Below, in pieces: positions 20,071 through 30,700 of a DNA stretch of 64,000 nt (within the stretch, counting starts at the first letter, position 1; every line of letters begins with the position of its first letter). The notes under the pieces were generated by a model. It was not told the origin of the DNA. It made no database searches and worked only from the letters and a program-made list of their open reading frames with translations. Both the position numbers and the translations under genes were made by a program. The DNA comes from a virus (taxonomy: Duplodnaviria > Heunggongvirae > Uroviricota > Caudoviricetes), in the IMG/VR virus record IMGVR_UViG_3300031963_000024, positions 5,753 to 69,752 of that record. The stretch is one strand, 5' to 3'.

Positions 20071-21916
20071 ACGCTCCACCAGCACATGCCAACTCACCAC
20101 TCAAATCTGTGTTGTCTTGTAATTCAACAACTTTGGATAAGTCAATTGACTGTAATTTAGAGAATAATCTTTCGTATTCTTCTTCAGTACAATCTTCAAA
20201 CGGTGCTTGAATGTAACTTCCACCATCATAAGGTAATACTGATAGACCATTGTAAAAGTCTCGGTTTTCCCACATCCACTCACCTGCCAATTCCCAGTCT
20301 TCAGGTTTCAAACTGATTGTTGCCGATACGTTGTGACTATTTGAACCTGTTCTGTGACCTGGTCTAACCCACTCTTGTGTGATTTTTTTAACACGGTCTA
20401 ACAATTGGAAGGGTGATTCGGTTCTCAAAATAGCCCCCTCAGGTGCTTTTTGTGGAACTGAAATAACCGCTGTATCATGCGGACGGAAGAATTCATCTTC
20501 AACCAACTCAGGGTGATACATTGCCAAGTATTGGTAGATTGCTTCATTCTTACCTACACGGACTCTACGGATGTAATAATCGTTGTGCCATGCATGGATA
20601 CCTGAAGATGTTCCCAATGTCAGGGATGTTGTACCAGCGGGTTTCACAGTAGTTGTACGGGCCGACTTATTTATACCAATTAATCCTGCAACTCTTACGT
20701 TTTCTTCTTTAACCAATTTAGCAGCTTCTTTCATGTTGTAACCCAATACAACACCTGAACCGATACCCGTCATTGATACACCAATCAATGCATCTTTTTC
20801 AGTTGTACGTTTCCATATGTCTCTTAAGTAATGGAAATCAGTGTATCCAGCTTGAAGTGTTCCAATGAACGCAGCTGCTTTAACACGGTTGTTTAAATCT
20901 TCTTGTGATTCAATGTCAGAAACATTTACCTCACACAAGTTACAGAATTGATTTGGTCTCAAAGCGATTTCACAACATGGATTGGTTCCCCAATCTTTGT
21001 CGTTTGTAAAGTAGATACCAGGTTCACCTGCTCCTGATGCTTCAACACGTTTCCACAAATCTAAGAAAAATTCTTTTGTGATTTTGTGTCTAACCAAAGT
21101 CGCAGAATTGTTAGCTCTACCTCTTTGTGGGTTGGTTTCCCACCAAGAACCTGACTTACATGAAATCATTTCATGGTCATCAGCTGAGAACAATGAAATC
21201 AATGCCGCTCTACGAATACCACCTGCAAGAACTGCGTCTGCAATGTGACATACCATGTCGTGAACTTCAATTGGTGTCATCTTTTCACCATCTTCTTTAG
21301 CGTCCAACATACCTTTCAATTTGTGAAGACAATCTTTCAAAGGTTGAGGACCAGGTGCTTTACCACCTGATGTTACAAGTTGAGCCCCTTTTGGTCTAAT
21401 ATCTGAAAAATCAAATTCAGGTGTTGACAAATGTTCACCAAAGTAAGACTTCATTAATACTTTGATTGCATCTGCCCATCCTTCAATAGAATCACCAACC
21501 AAGAATCTTCTTGTTCTATTCGGGTTTGGTTTTCTAATTTCAGGTAGTTTTTCTACGTGATGTTTCTGTACTGAATAACCAACACCTGTTCCACCTAACA
21601 ATAGGAACATACTTTCAGCAAATGCGTCCAAGTGGTCGATTGGTAAATAAGCACAGTTGTAGATTCTGTTTGGTGAAATTTCAATTGGTTTACCACCAAA
21701 CTGCATTGAGCGCATTGATGGTAAAACTTTTTTATCATAAACATACTTGTAAACTTCCACAATCTCACCTGCTAATTGTGGGAACTTTTTGATGTGCATG
21801 TTCATGTTTCTTGTTACTAACTCTTCCCACGTTTCTCTCCTGTTTACATCAGGAAGGAATTTAGCGTATTTCATATACACCGTGAGGTCTGACAATATCT
21901 TTTGTGATGCGTCCAT
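20057..21916 (-). CDS. nrdJ: Class II adenosylcobalamin-dependent ribonucleotide reductase
   Basis: GTNPCCEI active site, CNLCEV, KPAGT, C-terminal ACAGGACEI redox pair; no intein. Confidence 0.93.
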   Translation of the reverse strand: MDASQKILSDLTVYMKYAKFLPDVNRRETWEELVTRNMNMHIKKFPQLAGEIVEVYKYVYDKKVLPSMRSMQFGGKPIEISPNRIYNCAYLPIDHLDAFAESMFLLLGGTGVGYSVQKHHVEKLPEIRKPNPNRTRRFLVGDSIEGWADAIKVLMKSYFGEHLSTPEFDFSDIRPKGAQLVTSGGKAPGPQPLKDCLHKLKGMLDAKEDGEKMTPIEVHDMVCHIADAVLAGGIRRAALISLFSADDHEMISCKSGSWWETNPQRGRANNSATLVRHKITKEFFLDLWKRVEASGAGEPGIYFTNDKDWGTNPCCEIALRPNQFCNLCEVNVSDIESQEDLNNRVKAAAFIGTLQAGYTDFHYLRDIWKRTTEKDALIGVSMTGIGSGVVLGYNMKEAAKLVKEENVRVAGLIGINKSARTTTVKPAGTTSLTLGTSSGIHAWHNDYYIRRVRVGKNEAIYQYLAMYHPELVEDEFFRPHDTAVISVPQKAPEGAILRTESPFQLLDRVKKITQEWVRPGHRTGSNSHNVSATISLKPEDWELAGEWMWENRDFYNGLSVLPYDGGSYIQAPFEDCTEEEYERLFSKLQSIDLSKVVELQDNTDLSGELACAGGACEIK

Positions 21917-21940
21917 TTTTTATTTTTCTCCTTTAAATTT

Positions 21941-23314
21941 TTAATTAATTTGTTGTTTTCTTTTTGCCAATAATTCATTGACTCTGTTCCTATTTCGTTC
22001 TTCTTTTTGTTCTTCAAGACCCAAGAAAGTTACTGAACTTTCTGTATCAATTTCCATGAGTTCATTGTCAAATTTACAATTTTCAAACACGACACCATCT
22101 CGTCCAATTCTTGATTTGGTAATAGCTATTGTTGCGAGTTTCATTTCTTTTTGTTGTAAACTCTTTGCAACTGTTATGATAACGTGTCCTACTTGTGCCT
22201 TTTTAATTGAACCCCCCATTTGGTCAGTAGTTACAACATCTGATGATATTGAACTTCTATTTCCTTGAGTCGCAGTCCATCCTGCTACATCCAATTCGTG
22301 ACACATTGCTTCAAATCCTCTCATCACGGAACCTTCACTTTTCCATTCATCCCCTAAGTTTTTGTCAGGAACAACACAGTCAATATAATCTAAACTAATC
22401 ATATCGATTTTTGTTCCTTCAGCAATCATCTTTCTAATTTGATTTTTAATTTGATTCATTGTTAGAGTGTCAGATGCATATTTTTTCAAAATCAACTTGT
22501 TTGTTGTATTTTCTTTAATGTCTCTAACTTTTTCCATAACAACATCTTTGTGGAATGAAAGTTCATCAGGAGCAATTCCTGTCCAAAGTGTAAAGTGTTT
22601 TCTTTGGATAATTTTTGGGTTGTCTTCAAAGAATATTTGAAGAACGTTGTAACCTAAATTAAATGCGTGGTTACAAATTTTTGTTAGTACTGTTGTTTTA
22701 CCAACACCTGTTGGTGCTAAGATTACACCCAATTCACCTTTTGCTAATCCACCTTTTAATAGATTGTCAATACCTGCGATTCCCATTGGGATTGGGTGTC
22801 TGTAATCTTCATCTAACACTTGGTCCAAATTTGTGAAAACATCATGTTCACCTTCTTCGATTTCACCAACCTGAAGAGCTTTGTTTACCATCTCTTCTAA
22901 TTGGTCATAACTTTCAAAATCACCTTTATCTATAATTTTTTGAGCTTTAGTCATAACCTTTTGAAGCTCTTGTTGTTTACAGAATTTAAGTGCTTTTTCA
23001 ATTACAAATTGGTGTCCTTCAAAACTTACATCACGAATTTGAATTAGTGTGTCAAGAACTATTTTTCTTGCACTATCAGAACTAATTTCAGAACGAGTCA
23101 ATTGGTCCAAAGTTTCAAACGTAGGAACACTCTCATATTTGATGTAATACTCTTTAATCATTTGTGTAATGATTTTAAAATATTGATTATCAAAGTATTT
23201 TGAATCCAACACATCAACAATCGCACGTGCGAAATCTTTGTTAAGAATAAGTTGATTAATAAGTTGAATTTGAAATGTGTTACCTAAATACCCGAAATTT
23301 TTCTCGCTTGACAT
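21941..23314 (-). CDS. dnaB: Replicative DnaB/gp41-like helicase
   Basis: Walker A APTGVGKT, LDYID, TATQGNR, KSR arginine finger. Confidence 0.9.
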   Translation of the reverse strand: MSSEKNFGYLGNTFQIQLINQLILNKDFARAIVDVLDSKYFDNQYFKIITQMIKEYYIKYESVPTFETLDQLTRSEISSDSARKIVLDTLIQIRDVSFEGHQFVIEKALKFCKQQELQKVMTKAQKIIDKGDFESYDQLEEMVNKALQVGEIEEGEHDVFTNLDQVLDEDYRHPIPMGIAGIDNLLKGGLAKGELGVILAPTGVGKTTVLTKICNHAFNLGYNVLQIFFEDNPKIIQRKHFTLWTGIAPDELSFHKDVVMEKVRDIKENTTNKLILKKYASDTLTMNQIKNQIRKMIAEGTKIDMISLDYIDCVVPDKNLGDEWKSEGSVMRGFEAMCHELDVAGWTATQGNRSSISSDVVTTDQMGGSIKKAQVGHVIITVAKSLQQKEMKLATIAITKSRIGRDGVVFENCKFDNELMEIDTESSVTFLGLEEQKEERNRNRVNELLAKRKQQIN

Positions 23315-23350
23315 ACTTGTTTTTGTTTTGACTTGTGTTGATAAATACTA

Positions 23351-23803
23351 TTAAGCAAGTTGATAATTCATATATTGTGTAGAAAAATTTTCACCTGAAA
23401 AAATGTCAGTTAACGACTTAAGAATGTTTTTTATCTCTGGTCGTATGTCTACGGTATATCTAGCCTTCGGTGGGTACACTTTGGCATCAAAACCCCTATG
23501 ACAAATTGTCTGTTCACCCATCTTGATATATAGGTTAAACCATTCAGGTCCATCAGTTTTTGACGTGTTCATGACTGAAGAGTCGTTCATAATCAACTCA
23601 GCGTTTTCATTCATGTAGTCCAAACTTTTGTCTTTCAAATATCTTTCCATGTAGTCGGCAATGTCCTTCATGTAATCATGAAGTTCTAAACTGTACTTAG
23701 CAGTTTCATTGTAACCCTTAACATTGAAAAACCTTTGAACAACGATGTTGTCGTTGAGTTTAATTACAAACTCCATTTTCGTTAAATCTTGTGTTTCTTT
23801 CAT
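23351..23803 (-). CDS. Hypothetical protein in the replication cluster
   Basis: 150-aa ORF between the 5' nuclease and helicase genes. Confidence 0.6.
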   Translation of the reverse strand: MKETQDLTKMEFVIKLNDNIVVQRFFNVKGYNETAKYSLELHDYMKDIADYMERYLKDKSLDYMNENAELIMNDSSVMNTSKTDGPEWFNLYIKMGEQTICHRGFDAKVYPPKARYTVDIRPEIKNILKSLTDIFSGENFSTQYMNYQLA

Positions 23804-23805
23804 AA

Positions 23806-24813
23806 TTAATTGTTGTTATTGTATCGTTTTTTTTCTTTTCTTGTTAATTTCATAATTGGTTGAAGGAATTCTACCCAAGCGTCGTCTTGTTTTGGCAAGT
23901 ACTTGAAGAATCCATCTTCAATCATCATTTTCATTAGATTTTTATAACCTCTACCTTCGGGGTCCATATCTTCTGAATAATAAAGTTCTACTTCTTTTTT
24001 GGCTTCTTCGGTCATTAAAGGGTTTGACAGACTAACGATTTTTTCACGAATATCGTAGTATTCCTTTCCGTAGGTACCTGACTTTGTGGTACCCGATAAT
24101 AAGTTCTTAAGTGGTTTGATTGTATCATCTATGTCTAAAAGTTCTTGTGCTCTTGTACAAATATAGTCAATATTAAGTTCTTGTTCAACAACCTCAGGAA
24201 AATATTTAACTAATTTCTTTTCACCAAAACTATAAATTCCTTCTATATTATCGGATTTATCACCTAATAAAATTTTAACTAATTTGACATTTGCAATCGG
24301 AACTTCTATTGTCCCTAATTTAACCTTGTGTTTGTCTGTAACCCATTCTTTTACAATGGGTGAGTACATGTGTACTTTTGATGTGATAAGTTGTGTAAGG
24401 TCCTTATCTGAAGAAAGAATTGTTATTTTTTCTTCTTGACTTATTTGTGTGTAATAAGCAATTAAGTCGTCACACTCGTGGTTGTCAATACCAATTTGTC
24501 TAATGAACATTTCTTCAAGATATTGTTTCAATCTTTCTTTTTGTCCATAATAAGATTCTTTCTTTTCTTCGTTCATTGTTAAACGACGGTTTTCCTTATA
24601 TTCAGAAAACAGTAACTTTCTTTGGGACGAGTTATTATTCCCGTCCCAAAAAACTATTACCTTGTCGTAGTTGTATTCCGATAGGAATCTACGAAGAACA
24701 TTAACAAAGTGGAAAATACCCCCAATATGTTTTCCTTCGTGGTAGAAATCTCTAACCCCGTGAAACCCGATTTTGAATAAGTTGTCTCCGTCAACTATTA
24801 AAGTTTTTACCAC
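23806..24813 (-). CDS. rnh: 5'-3' exonuclease/flap endonuclease (T4 RNase H-like)
   Basis: LIVDGDNL, VFWDG, ECDDLIA, SSDKDL, GDKSDNI. Likely start GTG 24813 (track 24891 overlaps recA). Confidence 0.88.
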   Translation of the reverse strand: MVKTLIVDGDNLFKIGFHGVRDFYHEGKHIGGIFHFVNVLRRFLSEYNYDKVIVFWDGNNNSSQRKLLFSEYKENRRLTMNEEKKESYYGQKERLKQYLEEMFIRQIGIDNHECDDLIAYYTQISQEEKITILSSDKDLTQLITSKVHMYSPIVKEWVTDKHKVKLGTIEVPIANVKLVKILLGDKSDNIEGIYSFGEKKLVKYFPEVVEQELNIDYICTRAQELLDIDDTIKPLKNLLSGTTKSGTYGKEYYDIREKIVSLSNPLMTEEAKKEVELYYSEDMDPEGRGYKNLMKMMIEDGFFKYLPKQDDAWVEFLQPIMKLTRKEKKRYNNNN

Positions 24814-24824
24814 TTGTTTATTAT

Positions 24825-25832
24825 TTATTCTTGTTCCTTTTCCTCTTTCAATTCGAAATCCAATGATGTTACACCAAGAATATCTTTCCAATAATCGGCA
24901 TATTCTTTTTTGTAATTCTCTATAGATACCTTTTCTTCTGCGGCTTCTTTACCCGCCAAGAATCCGTGTGGGGTTACAATGATTTTTCCATCCTCATATC
25001 CCAATCCATTGATGTGGTTTTTCATTACGGATACTTTTGTTCTGATTGCAAATTTAACACTTCTTTTGTCTTTTGTTGCGGTAATCTTGTTTGTTCCCGC
25101 ACCTTTTTGATTACCAAATAAGAAAACCAAAGATGAGTTCAACCAAATTGCTTCACCACCTTTTGCTTTAATCTTTGGTTGACCAAATGGATTATCAGGT
25201 AATTCAACCCAAGGCTGATTAACAATAACCAAAGTGTTTTCGTATTTTGAATCCGATTTACGTGAACCTGAAATACGTTGGTTGATACCCATACCAATTT
25301 TGTCAGCAAGTACTGATGCGTTGTGTTGTTTACCACCTTTACCATCGTAAGTCATCTTACATGGTACTGAACCAACAGAATCCCACAAGAATAATAAACT
25401 GTAATCCAATTCACCTTTTTCTTGTGCATCTAACAAACTATTGATGTAATCTGTAATTTGTTCAATGTAATCAAAATCATTATTGAAGATGTAAAATCCA
25501 TCCCAATCTGATTCGCCAGTTTCTTCGTCAACAACTTCCTCACATTCAAAACCCATAATCTTTGCGTGTTCAAAAGACCATTTTTGTTCTGTAATAATGA
25601 ATACAGGTAGAATACCTTTCTTTTGTGCATCAACAGCGGCTTTAACTAAAGCGGTTGTTTTTCCTGTGTCTGAGTGACCCAAGAACATGTTTAGGTGCCC
25701 AATTGCAGGACCTGGAAGTCCTACAGCGTCCAAGAAGTCAGAACCCAAATCAAAAAATCTTTGAGGTTTGTATTTTGCTGAAGTAGAGAATTTTTTCTTT
25801 ACTGAACTGAAATCATTTTTTTTAATAGCCAT
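24825..25832 (-). CDS. uvsX: RecA/UvsX-like recombinase
   Basis: Walker A GHSDTGKT, LWDSVG, KAKGG loop. Confidence 0.85.
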   Translation of the reverse strand: MAIKKNDFSSVKKKFSTSAKYKPQRFFDLGSDFLDAVGLPGPAIGHLNMFLGHSDTGKTTALVKAAVDAQKKGILPVFIITEQKWSFEHAKIMGFECEEVVDEETGESDWDGFYIFNNDFDYIEQITDYINSLLDAQEKGELDYSLLFLWDSVGSVPCKMTYDGKGGKQHNASVLADKIGMGINQRISGSRKSDSKYENTLVIVNQPWVELPDNPFGQPKIKAKGGEAIWLNSSLVFLFGNQKGAGTNKITATKDKRSVKFAIRTKVSVMKNHINGLGYEDGKIIVTPHGFLAGKEAAEEKVSIENYKKEYADYWKDILGVTSLDFELKEEKEQE

Positions 25833-25847
25833 ATATGATATAAATTA

Positions 25848-25883
25848 ATCATGTATGGTACCATAGGAGATACCATACATGAT
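25848..25883 (-). terminator. Perfect 13-bp inverted repeat between ssb and uvsX (terminator or operator)
   Basis: atcatgtatggta-ccataggaga-taccatacatgat. Confidence 0.55.
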
Positions 25884-25896
25884 GTGTTTTAGTTTA

Positions 25897-26733
25897 TTAG
25901 AATGGTAATTCCTCGTCAGGTGACATACCTGCTTGTGGGTCCACAGGTGTACCACCGAATACTTCAGTAGCGTCATCACCGTAAACATATTTTTTAGCTT
26001 CCGAATCCCAACGTGGAACTTCACCACGAGCGATTGCTTCCAAGTACTCAACAGGTTTCTTAGAGTAAACGTCAGCCCAAGTTGTTGGGTCGTTTTTCCA
26101 AGTGTCCAATTGTTCAGGGTCTTCCGACAATTTACTTGGGTCATCATACATTACAGTTTGAATTGATGTGTATTCTTTTCCTTTTGGTGTTTTTGATTTA
26201 ACCAATTGAATAATCAAATCGCGTCCTTCATTTGGGTCGGTCAAATTACCTTTAGCTCTCCAAATTGGAATGATTTTGTCCAAGATACCATCTTGCTTAT
26301 AGTTGTGTTTAAATCTCCAAAATTTAACACCATCCTCTTCATGGTCTCGGTCAATGACCTTAACAATGTAAAATTTACGAGCTTTGTACTGTGCCGCCAA
26401 ATCTTTGTCAGTTTGTTTGCCAGTTTTCATAAGTTCTTCGTAAACCTCAGTTAAAGGTGAACGTCCACCTTCATTTTTGTCGGGGTCATAAAATTTGTTG
26501 TAAGTACCATTTACCTGAATTTCGTGGAACCATACCTCCTTGAAAGGAGATGAACCATCGGTAGTTGGGAGGATTCTAATTCTTCTTTGTCCTGAATTTT
26601 CACCTTTAGGAAGAATAGCCGCGAAATAACGCTTCATTCTGTCTTCTTGTGACATCATTGGTTGGTCACCAAATGGTTTTGTGTTTTGTTCGTACTGCGC
26701 CAAAACGGCATCAAATGTTTTGTCTGTCATCAT
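25897..26733 (-). CDS. Single-stranded DNA-binding protein, gp32-like
   Basis: IRILP...PFKEVWFH, YIVKVIDR...GVKFW, GRDLII, acidic tail ending DEELPF. Confidence 0.82.
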   Translation of the reverse strand: MMTDKTFDAVLAQYEQNTKPFGDQPMMSQEDRMKRYFAAILPKGENSGQRRIRILPTTDGSSPFKEVWFHEIQVNGTYNKFYDPDKNEGGRSPLTEVYEELMKTGKQTDKDLAAQYKARKFYIVKVIDRDHEEDGVKFWRFKHNYKQDGILDKIIPIWRAKGNLTDPNEGRDLIIQLVKSKTPKGKEYTSIQTVMYDDPSKLSEDPEQLDTWKNDPTTWADVYSKKPVEYLEAIARGEVPRWDSEAKKYVYGDDATEVFGGTPVDPQAGMSPDEELPF

Positions 26734-26762
26734 AATTGTATTTTTTATCTTTTAATGTAAGA

Positions 26763-26793
26763 TAAGTATAATACAATTTTTTCAGAAATCAAA
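26763..26793 (-). promoter_or_regulatory. Bacteroidota-type -33/-7 promoter candidate for ssb
   Basis: TTTG-N19-TATACTTA. Confidence 0.5.
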
Positions 26794-27459
26794 TTAGTTT
26801 TGTAAACCAACGTCAAAAGATTTTCTAACATTCATCTTGTCGTAGTTTTCTACATCATCAGGTGTTAGAATATATTGTTCTTTTCCCTGTTGTTGCATTT
26901 GTGGTTCTTTTTCAGTAAAAAAATCAGACAACTTTTGACTGTAAGGACCGGAATCTAAAGACCTTAATTCTAATTTTTCTTGTGCAGTTTTTGGTCTGTA
27001 TTGTTCAACTTTATCTTCAATTGAATTAATCTTTTCGAAGATTGAATCCATCTGAGCCAATTTACCCTCTAAGTCATTTAATTTAGACATCATTGAATTC
27101 ATGTATTCTTCCTGCTTTGACTGCATGTCTTTCTGTGTGGTGACCAATTCTGTAATATCCAACTCTTCAGTACCACTATCATTTTTTCCACCTTCAGAAT
27201 CACCCGTTTCAATTTCTTCAACATCAGGGTCGTTTTCAATATCAATAGGTGCGCCTGTTTCAGGTGCTGCTTCTCCTTCAGGTGGTGTAGCGCCACCTAA
27301 TGTTGTATCATCAGCCGCAGGTGGTGGAGGTTCAACCGCACCAGGTTCATCACCCGCTGGTGGTGGAGGTAACGCAGCGTCTTGTTCAACAATATAACTG
27401 TTGATTTGATTATATCTTTTTAATTCCTCTAATATTGTTTTTGAAACTTTGTTTTCCAT
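26794..27459 (-). CDS. Acidic, Pro-rich hypothetical protein (scaffold/core-like)
   Basis: 221 aa, low-complexity PPPP/DE region followed by a coiled coil. Confidence 0.55.
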   Translation of the reverse strand: MENKVSKTILEELKRYNQINSYIVEQDAALPPPPAGDEPGAVEPPPPAADDTTLGGATPPEGEAAPETGAPIDIENDPDVEEIETGDSEGGKNDSGTEELDITELVTTQKDMQSKQEEYMNSMMSKLNDLEGKLAQMDSIFEKINSIEDKVEQYRPKTAQEKLELRSLDSGPYSQKLSDFFTEKEPQMQQQGKEQYILTPDDVENYDKMNVRKSFDVGLQN

Positions 27460-27461
27460 GA

Positions 27462-27689
27462 TTATCCGTTTAATAATGTTTTAACACCCTGTGGTGTTTC
27501 TACTCTTAATGTTTTGTTTAATTTCATAGTGTTGTCCACTCTTTCAATCAAACCATCCTTTAATCTTACAGTATAACAGTCACCAGTCTGTAAATCACAA
27601 ACTTCTTTATATCCGTTACCTAAATCTTTTTCGGCAATAACAGTATCTTTCTGTAAGTAGTTGTCCAATAAATTTTTTAAATTACTCAT
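27462..27689 (-). CDS. Small hypothetical protein
   Basis: 75 aa, ATG start, promoter motifs upstream. Confidence 0.6.
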   Translation of the reverse strand: MSNLKNLLDNYLQKDTVIAEKDLGNGYKEVCDLQTGDCYTVRLKDGLIERVDNTMKLNKTLRVETPQGVKTLLNG

Positions 27690-27703
27690 ATTGTTTTTCT
27701 TAA

Positions 27704-27734
27704 TAAATATAACGATTATTTAATTTATTACAAA
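27704..27734 (-). promoter_or_regulatory. Composite promoter: TTTG-N19-TATATTTA overlapping TATTTAT
   Basis: Sense strand reads tttg taataaattaaataatcgt tatatttattaag. Confidence 0.5.
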
Positions 27735-30700
27735 CCTGATATTTTTGCTTGTGTGTATGCCCATCTGGTGTTTGCCAGCCAAGTATTATAATTTGTATTT
27801 TGATTATATGGTACTGTAAGTGAACCTGATGTATACCAAGTATTATAAAATAACTTTATAATTGCTTGTATTTTTTTCTCATCATCATCAGCCTGATTAA
27901 AATATTCTTGTATCCTATTTTGGTTGATGTCTCTAAAGAAGTCTATACTATCTTTGACTGTATCAAAAGTTGCAAACGGTCTAGTAAAATTTTCACCTGT
28001 TGTTAAACATCTATATTTTTTAATTAACGATGAAGTAGCGCCTGGTTGTTTAATATCCACAGTAGCACCGTATAAATTATTTTGATTGTATTGTAATCTT
28101 ACATCAGTATCTGTTGGGTTGCCCATCATATATAATACACAAAACATATACGTTTTTAATAAGGTATCTGTTGTTGAATTATTGATAAGTGTTACTAACT
28201 CATTGACAGTAATTGAACTTGAAATAAAGTTACTTGACTCAATTAGACCATAGATTGCTTTAATATTTTCACTACAATCTTGTACTGTAATATCTGTTGT
28301 TTGTACAATAAACCCTTGATAAGGTGTTCTGGCCGATAAAACAAGGTCTTTGGATTGCTCACCTGTGAAATACTGATTAGAATTATTATCAAAGGTAACC
28401 AAAGTATTGTTTGTTACAAATTGTTTTACTTTGTCCGATAATTTTTTTGAAAAATCTTCATTCACACTAGCCAAATCATCGGAAACTTTTGTATTGATAT
28501 TCGCAGACACCCTTTGTCCGTTGAATTCTGTATTAAAACTTCCCGGACTAATACTATGTTTTACGTTTCTAATAATATATGTTCCATTAAACATAGGCAT
28601 GTGTCTTAACACAAAATACATGGTTGGTTGAATCATGACATTACCTAATGTTTTTATGGTACTAGAATAGGAACGGTTTTTATAAAAATCATATAGTGAT
28701 GTTGTTTGTTGCATGGTTTTTTTACCAGCCCCTTGATTTCCTAAATCAATAGTTGTTTGAATCTGTTCGGAGGATGTCACACCCTGTTCTTGATTTATAT
28801 CAACAGATTTAAAAATACTTTGATTGATGGTTCCAAAATCCACCACAAAACCAACAGCTTTATTACTATTTTTTTCATTAGTAGAACCCTGTTGAATTAT
28901 TGGATTGTTTGTTGGGTCACCCAAGTCAAAAGAATCACTTTTGAATGGATAACTTGGGTCATTTTCTAATGACAGGGTTTGCGATGGTCTATCTACGTAT
29001 TGACACAAGAATTTTGGTGCAGAATTGATGTTATCCACATATGTAAATGTACTAAAAACATCATTGGCATTGTTTACAATCGACGAGTTTCTGTTTGTGT
29101 TACTTGCTGTTGATTTACCGTAGAAATTAATATAAGCTGGCATAACAAAAAAATTCATTCTGTTATCAGCAATCACTTGTCTAACTAAGGACATAATTGA
29201 ATTTGATGAATTATCCCAAGTACAATATTTTCTGATAGTATCTGTATTGATAATCAATTCATCACCAATGTCACGATTAGCTTTATCAAAAAATAAAAAT
29301 TCTTCAAATAGTAGTCTTTCTTTGAAGTTTCTACCAGCCACCCATTTATCGTTTACCGCTTTAAATAATTCCCATTGTTCAAGTTTTATTATGTCACCAT
29401 CCAATTTCGAATCAACATTTTGTGTTGACTGTTGTTTTGGTCCATTAATAGATGATGGGAGCTTTAATCTAAATTGTTGTTCAATCGCTGTACGTTTGGT
29501 TTCCGCAACGTTTAAAATTGTTGAAATAGCATTAGCGAACGTTGTTGGATTATATAATGGATTTATATTCTTTTGAGTTGCATAAATTCTAATTAAAGGA
29601 TATAACAATTCAATATTACGACTTATAAATGGAATTTCATTATCCCTAAAGAAATCATAAACAGTTGAACCCGTATTAGTATATTCAATACCTTTAATTG
29701 TTGAAAACCCTACGTATTTTTGTAATGCTTTCCAAACTTCGGGATATGCCGCTTTTGACTGTTCAACAGTTTTTCCACCCTCACTTGGTAATGGATTTGG
29801 GTCATTAGGATAAGAATTTACATATTGTCCACCATAATTAAAATCGGGACCTTCTGGTTTAAATTTTGGGTTTTTAGAAAAATACCCAAATTGTTGTCTA
29901 TTAAACTTTTTTGGATTTCCATTTTTTAAGTATACTTTAATATTAACAAACTTACTCAAAACATCTGTAATTTCAGCAGCTTGTTGAGCACCTAAATTAA
30001 TATTGTCTTTTCCTGATTGAGGTTTGATAAGGAACATTTTCTTAAATAAATTCACAATATTAGCATACGTTGTATTGTCACCTTCGGGTGAAAATATTTT
30101 TGATTGTCCACCCTTTTTACAGAATTCTTTAAATTCAGTTTCAAAAGAATCTAATTGGTCTTTAGAAAAAACACCAAATAAATCTTCAATTGAACTGTAT
30201 TCAGTACCAATATCAAAATCAGGTTGATTTTCGGTTGTTCCTGTTCTAACATATTTCAGATATTCAAATGGTGTTGGTTGTTTAACTTTCAAATTATCAA
30301 ACCATCCGTAGTTTGGCGCATTCCATAGTGTCTTAACACTACCGTTATACATTGGGTTTGAATTTTCAATATTTGAAATAGTTATTGGTGATGAATTTGT
30401 TGATGGTCTTAATTCAAAGTAGGATTGTTGGAATGGTTGTACACCAGAGGATGGGAATAAACACACATAACCTTCATATTGTGGTCCAAAAAAATTTGTA
30501 TATTGTTGTGCAATATCAAGATATGAATAATAACTTATAATTGGTCCCTCTGGTTTGCTAGTATAGGTAAAACTATTAACAACCACCAATCCCTCATCTA
30601 AAACAGTAGTATTGTTTAAATCATATGTCTCTGCATTATTACCATCAACAAATAAATTAGTACCTGTAAAAATTTTATAAAAGTTATTTATTACTTTTGG

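Noticed and set aside
21920-21936. Shine-Dalgarno-like AAAGGAG upstream of nrdJ
   Set aside because: Single instance at 11-nt spacing; cannot be distinguished from chance.
20057-23314. Inteins or introns in nrdJ, dnaB or polB
   Set aside because: Lengths and motif spacing are normal; no Hint or LAGLIDADG signatures seen.
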